Positions 27,096 through 36,503 of a stretch of DNA of 39,632 bases are shown in pieces. The translations under genes were made by a program, and so were the position numbers. The DNA lies in NCBI GenBank assembly GCA_029838215.1, contig JALGVI010000022.1, positions 1-39,632 on the forward strand, in the 5' to 3' direction. This DNA comes from Candidatus Helarchaeota archaeon (lineage in GTDB: Archaea; Asgardarchaeota; Lokiarchaeia; Helarchaeales; RDOG01). The notes beneath the pieces were generated by a model. It ran no database searches and was not told where the DNA came from. It saw only the letters and a program-made list of their open reading frames with translations. The first letter of the stretch is position 1, and each line of letters starts with the position of its first letter.

Positions 27096-29921
27096 GTGGT
27101 TTCCATCCCTCGAGATCTTAAAAATCATTTAGAAAATTTAAGCTTTATCAAACAGTTCTGCGACTCAAGACGCATTAAAAGGGCAAAGAGTATTCCGAAC
27201 CACTATATCTTCATGTACGAGCTTGATGATCTATCAGAAATGATTGAAATTCGTGCCAGAATTGCAGGTTCTTTTTCTAAAGATTATCAAATCTTAATTA
27301 AAGCAGATCTTAAAGAAAAAATAATGACGTTGATTCATTATTGTCCCGATTTTCATAATATTGGAGACCATAAGTTTTGCAAGCACGTCAGCAAGATTCT
27401 GTTAGTCACGGAACCAAAAATCATGAAAAAAATCACGGAAATTTTTAAAATAGAAAAAATAATCAACGAGATGGAAATTAATAAAATCAAGAGGGAAAAT
27501 ACGCTAATTGAAGTAGAAAAACACTTGAAATTAAAGAATCATGAACACGCTATTAGAAGAATAATGAATCTGGCAGAAGAAACTCAGGATTATTCTCTTT
27601 TAAATGGAACCGCGGATTTATGTCTTAAATATTCATGTCTGAAAGAATTTTTGGACTTGTATGTTTTTCTAAACAAAAAGTTGCAAGAGTTTCTAGAAAC
27701 AAAAAAACAAGTTTATCATCGGATTTCAAAATCTTCCAAAAAAAGACATCGTCGCAGTGAATTTATTCGTGATAAATTGATCCGAGAGAAAAAAGAGATT
27801 GATGGCCTAGTCGCTCAAGTAACCGAATGCCGGAATCAAATAAATCCTGAAAAAGTATTTGAGGCGATAAAGAAAACGCTCGAATTAATTGAGATCGCCC
27901 CGAAATTGAAGAAAATATCTCTCATTCATGAAATAAATAAAGTATATCAAATTTTTGAATCTGAATTGTTTGAAAAATTCTTTTTATTACTCCATGATCA
28001 CGTCACTTCGTCCAAAATGCACTTTTTATTTAAGTACATGATTCTTGGACCTGCAGTCCTGAAACCTAAAATCACGTTATCTACGATGAAAAATGAAATA
28101 ATCAAGAAAATTTTTCGGGTCAAGTCTCCCAAAGATAGAATAAAAATCGTTTTTGGTCGTTCACATTCTGATTTAAACGAAGATTACAGGTTGATGTTGC
28201 AAGATTTAATTTTGAATCTTGCGGGCAGGGACGTGATTAACTCGGCAGAAGAACTTTCTTTGCAACTATCTTTATCGCCTAAATTAACGCGAGAAATTCA
28301 AACATTGATAAGAGATTACAGAAAAAACTCGGAAGACTTAATTAAAAAGTCCTACAAGATCAAATTCCAATATTTGAAAAAAATCATGTATTTATACCAC
28401 GATGGAAAGCCCATAACTTATTCCGCGAGATTTTCAACGTTTTATGGAAGTAACAAGTATTCAACAACCGTTAAAACTATTTTTATCAGTCCGAAACCTC
28501 GAAATCCATTCGAACGGTTCCTTAGAGAAAAAATCGGTTTTGATGCTTCTCATCCCGATTATTGCAGGAAAGAAGACTACATTCATAATTTTCCCATCTT
28601 GAAGGATATTTATGATGCAAGGGAAATTCTCAACATTTGGAACTACTGGAGGAAGGAAGATCTCGAAGTATCCGTTATATTCTCCAATGAACAAGTCAAA
28701 TCAGACGTGAACATCATCCTCGAAAGCGATCTTAATGAATTCTGTCTAATTGAATGGGATTTGTCGAACGAGCCCGTAAATGGACTCTTTCTCGTTCAAT
28801 ATGGCGACTTGATAATGATACCCGATGAGAAAGCACCTCTCACGAAAAAGATAATGCCGTTTGACTTGTTGCTGTGTGAGAAATCTCCTGTCGAAATTAA
28901 AAATGGTCTCGCGACTATGAGACCGGTCAAAAAAATCGCATTTGAAATGCTTTTTGAAGTGATCCAGAAAAACCTACCGATTTTCTCATCGTGTCTTCCA
29001 TTAAAAAAACTGCAGAGTCTTTTTAGAGTATATAATCAGATTCGTGTACCCGAAACCACGAACGTCTCGAAAAAGTCAGATGATCAAGCAAGATCCATCC
29101 AATTCTTTAAATTATTGGGGGAAATCAAGGAAGACCTGTTAAATCTATTCCATCCAAACAAACCGAAGTTTCTACAGCTTTTTAACAAGCACGTTTCCAA
29201 CATGATCGTAAATGATAAGGAGAAATTCTTCTCAATTCTAAAGGATTTTCCTGTCGGACACGAGTTTGAGAAGTTTATCCTAACGTTATCCAACTTTGAT
29301 AAATACAAGAAGATTTTCATTGATACCAACCTGCAATCCGTGAAGCATCGTCCCCAAGTATCTGCCATTTTCGAAAATAGAATCGAGGTTTCTTTGGATA
29401 TAAAAAAAAGAGATCATGACCTGACTCAAAAGGTTCAAAAAGCAGACATCTATCATGGTGGACAAATATTGAAGTATTTCATCATAAAAAACTTCAGAAA
29501 ACACGAAAAATTCTCGGATTTTAGGCGTGAACTGTTAAAATTCATTGAAAAACGTTTAAAGATGCTCGAAGCACATCCTTTCGGTCATCTTTTAATAGAC
29601 GTGGACCAGTTATCAATGCATCCCATTTTTGAAAAGCACGTGAGCTTTTTTGTCAAAAAACGAATGGAAGAACTCTTTAAAGTGAAGATCAAGGCGATAG
29701 CAACAGAGACAACCGAAGAGCAACCAAACCGCTCAAGTAAGATTTGTAAATATGATATTGGGCAATTTTATAATACCCACTATGGTTACTTGATTTGCAA
29801 AAACGTCTTGGTGGATTATGACGGAACAGATCTTGTGTCAAGCGAAGAGATAAAACAAATAAGAGAAACCATCAATACATACGGAATCCCAATCAATATT
29901 AACAATTTGATCCATCCCTGA
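27096..29921 (+). CDS. Large protein with N-terminal SWIM-like zinc finger
   Basis: HYCPDF...FCKHV (H-x-C-x10-C-x-H SWIM variant) preceded by beta-strands (RIAGS...YQILI); starts 9 bp after the vWA stop. Confidence 0.7.
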   Translation: MVSIPRDLKNHLENLSFIKQFCDSRRIKRAKSIPNHYIFMYELDDLSEMIEIRARIAGSFSKDYQILIKADLKEKIMTLIHYCPDFHNIGDHKFCKHVSKILLVTEPKIMKKITEIFKIEKIINEMEINKIKRENTLIEVEKHLKLKNHEHAIRRIMNLAEETQDYSLLNGTADLCLKYSCLKEFLDLYVFLNKKLQEFLETKKQVYHRISKSSKKRHRRSEFIRDKLIREKKEIDGLVAQVTECRNQINPEKVFEAIKKTLELIEIAPKLKKISLIHEINKVYQIFESELFEKFFLLLHDHVTSSKMHFLFKYMILGPAVLKPKITLSTMKNEIIKKIFRVKSPKDRIKIVFGRSHSDLNEDYRLMLQDLILNLAGRDVINSAEELSLQLSLSPKLTREIQTLIRDYRKNSEDLIKKSYKIKFQYLKKIMYLYHDGKPITYSARFSTFYGSNKYSTTVKTIFISPKPRNPFERFLREKIGFDASHPDYCRKEDYIHNFPILKDIYDAREILNIWNYWRKEDLEVSVIFSNEQVKSDVNIILESDLNEFCLIEWDLSNEPVNGLFLVQYGDLIMIPDEKAPLTKKIMPFDLLLCEKSPVEIKNGLATMRPVKKIAFEMLFEVIQKNLPIFSSCLPLKKLQSLFRVYNQIRVPETTNVSKKSDDQARSIQFFKLLGEIKEDLLNLFHPNKPKFLQLFNKHVSNMIVNDKEKFFSILKDFPVGHEFEKFILTLSNFDKYKKIFIDTNLQSVKHRPQVSAIFENRIEVSLDIKKRDHDLTQKVQKADIYHGGQILKYFIIKNFRKHEKFSDFRRELLKFIEKRLKMLEAHPFGHLLIDVDQLSMHPIFEKHVSFFVKKRMEELFKVKIKAIATETTEEQPNRSSKICKYDIGQFYNTHYGYLICKNVLVDYDGTDLVSSEEIKQIRETINTYGIPININNLIHP

Positions 29922-29958
29922 AATTCATGTGAAGAATTAATGGACAAACTTTTTCTTC

Positions 29959-30537
29959 CTAAAAACGGATGCGCTTCAAGATTGCCTCTTTTATTAGGTT
30001 GATGCCCTTCTTCGTTTTTGCAGAACAGGGAATTATTATGTCGGGAACGGCATGCCAGTCAGGTCCTAAATTAAATTCACGCGAAACCATGTTTAACGAA
30101 TCGTTTAATGCTTGTTGCGGTAATTTGTCGCTTTTATTGCAAGCCACGATCGGATTCAGGTCGAATTCCTGCAGGAAGTGAAACAATTCAATATCGAGGG
30201 GAACCTGCCGATCTTTCCAGCGCTTGACCAGCTCGGGAAAGAGCTTTATGTCGAGTATCAACACGGCAGTTTCAATTATGCGATGATTCGGGCTTGCATT
30301 CTTTTCAACATACGAAATGATTTTTTTCTGGATGGCTCTGGCTTGCTTGAACCTCAAGCCAGGAGTATCAACCAAGATGTAATTCTTAAGCTCTTGATGC
30401 CAAAACGCTTGAGTCGTTCCCGCGTGTTTTCCGACAGCAACACCTTTCTTCCGGTTGGACAAAAGCCGAAAAATAGAAGACTTGCCAACGTTTGAGCGAC
30501 CGATCAACAGAACCTCTTTTTTCATCCGAAATACCAC
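29959..30537 (-). CDS. engB: EngB/YihA-family GTP-binding protein (archaeal type)
   Basis: GRSNVGKSS, GTT, DTPG, NKSD, SAK; VPLDIELFHFL archaeal signature. Confidence 0.88.
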   Translation of the reverse strand: MVFRMKKEVLLIGRSNVGKSSIFRLLSNRKKGVAVGKHAGTTQAFWHQELKNYILVDTPGLRFKQARAIQKKIISYVEKNASPNHRIIETAVLILDIKLFPELVKRWKDRQVPLDIELFHFLQEFDLNPIVACNKSDKLPQQALNDSLNMVSREFNLGPDWHAVPDIIIPCSAKTKKGINLIKEAILKRIRF

Positions 30538-30655
30538 TCATTTCATTCTATAATGGACGTTCAGGGCGATCAGGAACGAACAAAAAATTAAAGAAAACCT
30601 CCTGACGATGTACTTCAACAAAAGTCTATATAAATCATGACGATTTGGGATTGTC

Positions 30656-31270
30656 TTGCCGAAAAAACGCTGGATTGAGAAACGAATAACAGATCCGTAT
30701 TACGTGCGATCGAAACGAGAAGGATATTCGAGTCGTGCGGCTTTCAAATTGGAAGAAATGAAGAAATTTCATGTATTCAGGGGGGCCCGGGTCATCATAG
30801 ACCTGTGTTCATCACCAGGAAGTTGGATCGAAGTTCTAACACGCGAGACAGATGCAGAGTTCATTTTGGGGATCGACTTGAAGAAAATTCGGGTAGGGGA
30901 ATCGGAACACGTTCATTTCTTACAGGGTGACGTCACGGACGAAACATTGATCCCGCAAATCCTAGAAAAATTACCGCGTTTAGCCGATCTCGTGCTGAGC
31001 GACTGTTCTCAAAAGACTTCAGGAGTCAAGGCAACGGACCACGCACGACAGATGTTTTTAGCCGAATGTTCATTAGAAATAGCATTAAATTGCCTTAGAC
31101 CAGGGGGAATATTCGTCACGAAGGTTTTCCAAGGCGACCTGCTTCAAGATTTCGTCAGTAGATTAAAAGATTCTTTTTTTTCGGTCAAGAGATTTAAACC
31201 ACGTGCTTCATTAAAAAGTTCCGCAGAAATGTACGTTTTGGGATTTGGCAAAAAAGCAGTCAGGTCATGA
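30656..31270 (+). CDS. rlmE: 23S rRNA (Um2552) methyltransferase RlmE/FtsJ
   Basis: DPYY, YSSRAAFKL, DLCSSPGSW, VLSD, KVFQG, SAEMY (K-D-K-E tetrad). Confidence 0.93.
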   Translation: MPKKRWIEKRITDPYYVRSKREGYSSRAAFKLEEMKKFHVFRGARVIIDLCSSPGSWIEVLTRETDAEFILGIDLKKIRVGESEHVHFLQGDVTDETLIPQILEKLPRLADLVLSDCSQKTSGVKATDHARQMFLAECSLEIALNCLRPGGIFVTKVFQGDLLQDFVSRLKDSFFSVKRFKPRASLKSSAEMYVLGFGKKAVRS

Positions 31271-31708
31271 GTTCGTGGTTTTTGCTTCTTCAGTTTCTCC
31301 GGGAGCATTTTCTTTTATCCGGGAGCGATTATTCACCTGATTTATGATCCACTCGCTCAAGTTATCGCATTTATTCGGAGTGATGAGTTGTCTTGCGCCA
31401 CAAGATGAGAGCGAACCGCAAACAAAACAGGGACAATCTCCCAAGGTGTCCCAATGCAATCGGTCGGAATCGAGGATTTCGGACTCAAGCGGATATAGTC
31501 GATAGGTCCATCTACCCCCATTTAGCTCCTTGTTGCGACGGACCATCCCTTTTTTCTCTAACCTGAGAGCCACGCGACTCCCTTCTCTGCTATTCAGACC
31601 TAAATGCCTCCATAGCTCTGATTGGAGAATGCCTTTCGGACCAGCCTGCTTCACGAGTTCTAAGGCATTTCTTTCCACTTCATCATCATCTTGTTGCTTT
31701 GGCGACAC
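31265..31708 (-). CDS. TFE-beta / RPC34-like protein (winged helix + 4-Cys cluster)
   Basis: GILQSELWRHLGLNSREGSRVALRLEKKGMVRR wHTH, followed by W..LGDCPCFVC.....C......P..C....W. Confidence 0.8.
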   Translation of the reverse strand: MSPKQQDDDEVERNALELVKQAGPKGILQSELWRHLGLNSREGSRVALRLEKKGMVRRNKELNGGRWTYRLYPLESEILDSDRLHWDTLGDCPCFVCGSLSSCGARQLITPNKCDNLSEWIINQVNNRSRIKENAPGETEEAKTTNS

Positions 31709-31801
31709 AATTAAGCACTCTTTTACCTTGGCTTGCTCTCATCGTTCTAATAGGCAGCGAAGAAATTGCATTCTTCTGAAAACTCTGAGAATTCGAAAAC
31801 G

Positions 31802-31841
31802 AAATTCATTCTCAATATTAATTATGTGCAAGAATGAATTT
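31802..31841. repeat. 11-bp perfect inverted repeat around an AT-rich 18-bp core
   Basis: AAATTCATTCT(31802-812) / AGAATGAATTT(31831-841). Confidence 0.7.
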
Positions 31842-31986
31842 AAACGTAATTCAAACAAATCGTAGAACAACATGATTAGTTAAAACAATGTTATTTCTTA
31901 ACAGTCGTGTCATTTTCGTGAGTGCTCTACCGATTAAATGCTTTAAAACATGGAACCACCGTGATAAGAAAGTAAAATGAAAGGAA

Positions 31987-32003
31987 TAGGGGAACTTCCC
32001 CTA
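31987..32003. repeat. 17-bp palindrome TAGGGGAA-c-TTCCCCTA
   Basis: 8-bp arms with a 1-nt centre, in the long divergent intergenic region. Confidence 0.7.
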
Positions 32004-32221
32004 AGAAAAAGTCAGTGGTTGAATTCGTCGTCATTGCACGAAAATCGTGCTGCCGAAGACCGTTTATTCTCATCATCCTTGAAATACATGTGCTTTTGAA
32101 CTTAAGAAAATTTTGTTTTTCCATGAAATTTGATGAGTCAAGGTCGAAAAATGGCGATTTTTTGTCAAGTCTGATGGATGCTTTTTTATTTCAAGTCTTC
32201 AAGTGACCGTATTTATCATGA

Positions 32222-33226
32222 GTGACATCACGAGATATCAGGTCAGGCAACTTAAAAACAAAACAGGTCGAAGGAAAAATCATGGTCAAGAAGAAAACGA
32301 AGATCGGAATTCTCTTTGCAATCGGCTCGATATTTTTGGGAGGAATCCAACCCATCATTGCCAGGGCACGCCCGATCGTCCTTGATGCGCACATCTTCTC
32401 GGCAATGAGCTGCCTGTTCCAGGCATTAATCTTCATTCCACTCGTGTTACTCGAATATAAACTCGCAAGGAGAAATTCGAGCGAGTCGGTGGACGTGAAT
32501 TTCTTATCCGATTCAGGCGTGAAGCTCTATTTCGGCAAGTCAAAGTGGATTTTATACATCATCGTGGGCGTGACGTTTTCTCTGGCACTGTTTTTGTATT
32601 ATTTTGGACTCGATCTTGCAGGTGCCATAAATGGAACACTGGCTCAAAAAAGCACGGCATTCTTTGGGCTATTCTACGGTTACCTGCTGTTACGAGAGAA
32701 AGTCACGAAATTGCAAGTGATTTTTTCCTGCGTGCTTTTCTTTGGATTGGTGCTTGCCGTAACGCAAGGCGCTTTCTTCCTTCTCCAAGTAAACATCGGA
32801 GTCATCATAATTCTAATTTGTTCGGCCATCTGGATGTTCGGACACACCTGCAGCAAGCCATACCTGAGCAACAAGATAACAAACTCGTCAGAACTCCTCA
32901 TAATGAGAAATTTCATTTCTGCTGCCGTATTGCTCGTTACCTACTTGATCATCTTCGGACCGTTTCACATGATCATCATCTTCGACCCCGTCAACGCGAT
33001 GTTCTACATCCTGATGGCAGTTGTATACGGAAGCAACCTTTTCTGCTGGTACCAAATAATAAAATATCTCGACGTGTCCATCGGCACGATTCTAATCACG
33101 CCACAACTCATTGTCACGGCGTTTTTCGGCTCGATATTCTTGGGAGAAGCCTTTACCATTTTCCACCTGATCGGTCTCATCATTATACTCTCAAGCATCA
33201 TCATCATCAATTACCAGTCCCGATGA
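32222..33226 (+). CDS. EamA/DMT-family transporter
   Basis: About 10 TM segments in two repeats; YLLLREK and IFLGEAF repeat ends. Likely start ATG 32282. Confidence 0.9.
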   Translation: MTSRDIRSGNLKTKQVEGKIMVKKKTKIGILFAIGSIFLGGIQPIIARARPIVLDAHIFSAMSCLFQALIFIPLVLLEYKLARRNSSESVDVNFLSDSGVKLYFGKSKWILYIIVGVTFSLALFLYYFGLDLAGAINGTLAQKSTAFFGLFYGYLLLREKVTKLQVIFSCVLFFGLVLAVTQGAFFLLQVNIGVIIILICSAIWMFGHTCSKPYLSNKITNSSELLIMRNFISAAVLLVTYLIIFGPFHMIIIFDPVNAMFYILMAVVYGSNLFCWYQIIKYLDVSIGTILITPQLIVTAFFGSIFLGEAFTIFHLIGLIIILSSIIIINYQSR

Positions 33227-33307
33227 AGGGAAGGTCTTGCCGTTTCCAGCAGGTAGATTTAAATTTCTCAAATTTCACGTCTTGATATGTCAGGAGGCAA
33301 GTGAACC

Positions 33308-34036
33308 GTGAAATCACCGATAGTATTTTGTTTTGACTTGGATGGATGCCTGCTTGATACGGTCCCATTCTTCGTGCGAATTACCGATGAAAGCCTAAAG
33401 GAATTGGGCTATGATAACGTGGATAAAAAAATCCTGTTTCGCGGACTCTCCAATCCCGAATTGGATAAGACAAAACGTCGATTCATCGATGACCTCTTCA
33501 AGTGGATAGGAAGAGAAGGCGGCATCAAGGACAAGGGCACTTTAAACAAGTTCCTTGTTTCGGTCGCAATGAAATACCTGAAAATGACAGAACCGCAATA
33601 TGATGTCAGGCTTTTTGACGGCGTTCCCGAATTCATTCGCTTCCTGAAAAAAAAGGGATTCAGGATTGCAATGGTCACCACGTCTTCAATACACGACCTC
33701 AAAAAGAAGATTGGAGATCTCTACGACGTGTTCGATGCATTTTCCACGCGAGAAACAACCCGCAGGCAAAAACCACACCCCGACCCCATTTACAAGGCTC
33801 TCGAACAAATAAACGAGAAGGAACCCCAACCGATTCAACCATCACGAGCCATAATGATAGGGGATGACGTGGGCGACATCCTGTGCGGCAAGGCGGCAGG
33901 GACGAAAACCATTGGCGTTCTTTCGGGACTCACGCAGGATAAAAAAGAATTCGAAAAACACGGTGCAGACTTGATCTTGAATGACGTGCTTGAGATTCGC
34001 GACCACCTAGATGAGATTTTAGAATGGTTCAAATGA
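33308..34036 (+). CDS. HAD-superfamily hydrolase (phosphoglycolate phosphatase-like)
   Basis: FDLDGCLLDT, VTTS, KPHPDP, MIGDDVGD. Confidence 0.92.
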   Translation: MKSPIVFCFDLDGCLLDTVPFFVRITDESLKELGYDNVDKKILFRGLSNPELDKTKRRFIDDLFKWIGREGGIKDKGTLNKFLVSVAMKYLKMTEPQYDVRLFDGVPEFIRFLKKKGFRIAMVTTSSIHDLKKKIGDLYDVFDAFSTRETTRRQKPHPDPIYKALEQINEKEPQPIQPSRAIMIGDDVGDILCGKAAGTKTIGVLSGLTQDKKEFEKHGADLILNDVLEIRDHLDEILEWFK

Positions 34037-34858
34037 GTGGTAGGTGCCACCATGACAGAAGATAAAAGAAAATACGTGTCCGTGCGAGAAATCGACGGAA
34101 GAAGAGGCATCGACACGCCCCACGAACGAGAACTAAAAACGGTCGAAGAAGGAAAAATGGACATCTTCCAAAAAACCGACCAAGCACTAATGAAACAACT
34201 CGTCCAACAAAAACTTGCGGGAAAAATTGAAAACATCGGCTTCGATGAAGATTACACCATCACTTTTGAGTTCTTTCCCGAAGTCAGGGTCCACGTCCTT
34301 TATTTTAATTACGAAGACGAAGAAGACGAAGCATTCAGCGGCATTGAATTACAATTCCTGTTCTCGGGATCACGCGTGAAATGGGTCCCGAGCGAAGACC
34401 TGATCAGCCTGCTCGACGTGGCGCTAGATTATCTGGAAGACCTCGTGGAACCAGAACAAAAAATCTACAAGTTACCCGAACATCAGACAGACCTCCTGAA
34501 GGATTCGATCAAGCAACGTGCAGAACCATTCGAACATTTAAAACGGGAACAATTGCAGGATCTTGCCGATTTCGTGGGCGGGAAAATTGAACGGGAAAGG
34601 CAGACTTGGATTCTTTCACGAACATTCTTTCCGGGAATCATCATCGGGCTCCTGATTGACGAAAAAACAAGAAAAATCAACATTCAATGCAAAGGCGAAA
34701 ACATCGAAAGGATTAACAATTACGCCCGAGACCAACTGGGCATCTTCTTGATAAACCATTGCCTGAGATTCATTTCAATAACGAATCCCGGTGTCGAAAT
34801 GCCCGACATCGTCAGCAAGATGTTCTCATTCTCATACAAGAAGGCTCAAGCGAAATAG
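34037..34858 (+). CDS. Hypothetical protein, two DUF3786-like halves
   Basis: FEFFPEVRVHVLYFNYEDEEDEAFSG...FLFS and a second RTFFPGIIIGL half. Likely start ATG 34052. Confidence 0.5.
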   Translation: MVGATMTEDKRKYVSVREIDGRRGIDTPHERELKTVEEGKMDIFQKTDQALMKQLVQQKLAGKIENIGFDEDYTITFEFFPEVRVHVLYFNYEDEEDEAFSGIELQFLFSGSRVKWVPSEDLISLLDVALDYLEDLVEPEQKIYKLPEHQTDLLKDSIKQRAEPFEHLKREQLQDLADFVGGKIERERQTWILSRTFFPGIIIGLLIDEKTRKINIQCKGENIERINNYARDQLGIFLINHCLRFISITNPGVEMPDIVSKMFSFSYKKAQAK

Positions 34859-34896
34859 CACGCGGTTTCAACGGTTCAACACGAAACGTTCGAGTT

Positions 34897-36177
34897 TTAT
34901 TTCTGAAGCATTTTTAGCACTTCCTTGAGCCTCTCCTCAAGGAATTTAGGCGTGCATTTCAAGAATTTTGACATGAACTGCTCCGCATCAAGAGGAACAA
35001 CAGGACAACCGCCGAGAAACTTGCCGATCTTCAAGTCCTTTAAATGCTTGCAACAATCCCCAATGATCGCCGTGGTCTTTCGCTCCAAAGTCGGCGGCAA
35101 CTCTTCAGGTCGAATACCCTTTCCAAGTATGAAGGTTCGAGTCGGGAGACTCTCAGCGCCATATTCGAGAATCCAATTATCCAAGACACAACGAATCATG
35201 CCCGCACAACCAGACTCACAAACACCATCAGGACCGAGAATGAAAAGAAATCTTGGCGATAGGTTCGTCAAAGTGGGGTCCGCACGGGCAAACCTCTTCC
35301 CCCGCTTCAACAGGTCCTCATTCACGATCTCGATTTCGTCAAGGTCGATCGAACCGAGACCCGCTTCCGATACAAAACGCAAGTGCTCGATCTCCCCTGG
35401 CTCAAAACCCATGAGCCTGCAACAAACCGCATCTACAGCAGGACCGTTCGACCCCCCAATAATCAGCCCGAGATTAAAAGGCTCCGCAATCATCGGCCCC
35501 TGCCCCTCGCCTGCATGAATCGCATCCACGAGCACGAAATCAGGGGGACGCACGCGATACAGGTCGGCAATCTTCTGGTGCAATTCCATCGCCGTGGTGT
35601 GATGCTTGATGCGATTCATAATGGGCAAAAAACCCAGATTATTCTTGATGGAAAGCGTGACCTTCGTGAAAAGATTCGTCTTTATCTTCGGCAAGGAAAT
35701 AAACACGTCCGCATCAAGCCAAATCCGGGGAACCTCGAACGGCTCGGTCTGAACCAACGGCTCGGGAACAGTAACCTCAACGTGTTCGGCTTCACTAAAA
35801 TACACGGGCTCCGCCAAGCCCTCAATGGCATCAAGCGTGCCCGTTATCTTAAACGCAAGGAGAGAAGGCACCTTTATCTTTTGGGACGACAAGGACGTGT
35901 TCTCACCAACAAGTATTTTTTTCGGCTCAAACTCTCGCAACGCCTTGCACGCCCCCGCAATAAAAGCAGGTTGCGTGTTAATACCGAGTAATTCCTCGCT
36001 TTTATACGGATAAACAAGACTCGGCTTCAATAAAATTGTCTTGTCCCGAAGCTTCGGTCCCATCCCACAATTCTTCAAAACCCTCAAGCATTTCTCACGA
36101 ATCTGCTCGACATCATATTCAAACTGCTCTTCCAAACACACGCGATTCATCAAATTCTCACCTTGCAATGACAACAA
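34897..36177 (-). CDS. DUF362-domain Fe-S protein
   Basis: ILLKPSLV, NTQP, SLPKIKT...VTLSIKN, DAIHAGEGQGP, AVDAV; C-terminal CESGC, IGDC and GCP. Confidence 0.88.
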   Translation of the reverse strand: MLSLQGENLMNRVCLEEQFEYDVEQIREKCLRVLKNCGMGPKLRDKTILLKPSLVYPYKSEELLGINTQPAFIAGACKALREFEPKKILVGENTSLSSQKIKVPSLLAFKITGTLDAIEGLAEPVYFSEAEHVEVTVPEPLVQTEPFEVPRIWLDADVFISLPKIKTNLFTKVTLSIKNNLGFLPIMNRIKHHTTAMELHQKIADLYRVRPPDFVLVDAIHAGEGQGPMIAEPFNLGLIIGGSNGPAVDAVCCRLMGFEPGEIEHLRFVSEAGLGSIDLDEIEIVNEDLLKRGKRFARADPTLTNLSPRFLFILGPDGVCESGCAGMIRCVLDNWILEYGAESLPTRTFILGKGIRPEELPPTLERKTTAIIGDCCKHLKDLKIGKFLGGCPVVPLDAEQFMSKFLKCTPKFLEERLKEVLKMLQK

Positions 36178-36291
36178 AATTCACGCTCTTCAATCACGAG
36201 CTCGTAATACGCGGGTATAGCTGTTCGTAATCCTAGAATAAATATCATTGGAATGCAGATCGTCCTCTAAATTCAAACGGAGCAAGATAAA

Positions 36292-36489
36292 ATGACCGTC
36301 GAAAAAAAACTCTGCCTTGAATGTCCCTCCTACGCAAGAACAAAACTCTTTCAAAAACTAAACGTCGTGTTCAATAACTGGTGCGAACACTACCAACGAC
36401 CACTCGGGCTTTGCAAGGGCTGCGAATTCCAGCAACCCGATAAGAACGAAATCGAAGAAATCATAGAATACGAATTCGTGTACTACTAA
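36292..36489 (+). CDS. Small Cys-rich protein (65 aa)
   Basis: CLEC...WCEHY...CKGCEF; acidic C-terminus. Confidence 0.6.
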   Translation: MTVEKKLCLECPSYARTKLFQKLNVVFNNWCEHYQRPLGLCKGCEFQQPDKNEIEEIIEYEFVYY

Positions 36490-36503
36490 TATACACGATT
36501 CAC

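Noticed and set aside
29959-30537. EngB as part of the Asgard small-GTPase expansion
   Set aside because: Its motifs fit the universal TRAFAC EngB/YihA ribosome-biogenesis family, and it sits beside rlmE.
32131-32174. Possible C/D-box sRNA (TGATGA ... CTGA)
   Set aside because: Only 44 nt, no convincing D' box, C' needs two mismatches and the first guide would be too short.
34034-34054. HAD stop (TGA) in frame with the next ORF, suggesting selenocysteine or readthrough fusion
   Set aside because: The TGA follows a complete HAD domain, is not at a Cys-like position, no SECIS was seen, and the next gene has its own ATG at 34052. In-frame adjacency occurs by chance one time in three.
350-36230. 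Numerous 60-200 aa ORFs antisense to or overlapping well-supported genes (e.g. 24902-25498, 34925-35518, 35383-35991, 6349-6738)
   Set aside because: Shadow ORFs with no recognisable motifs, fully explained by the coding strand opposite.
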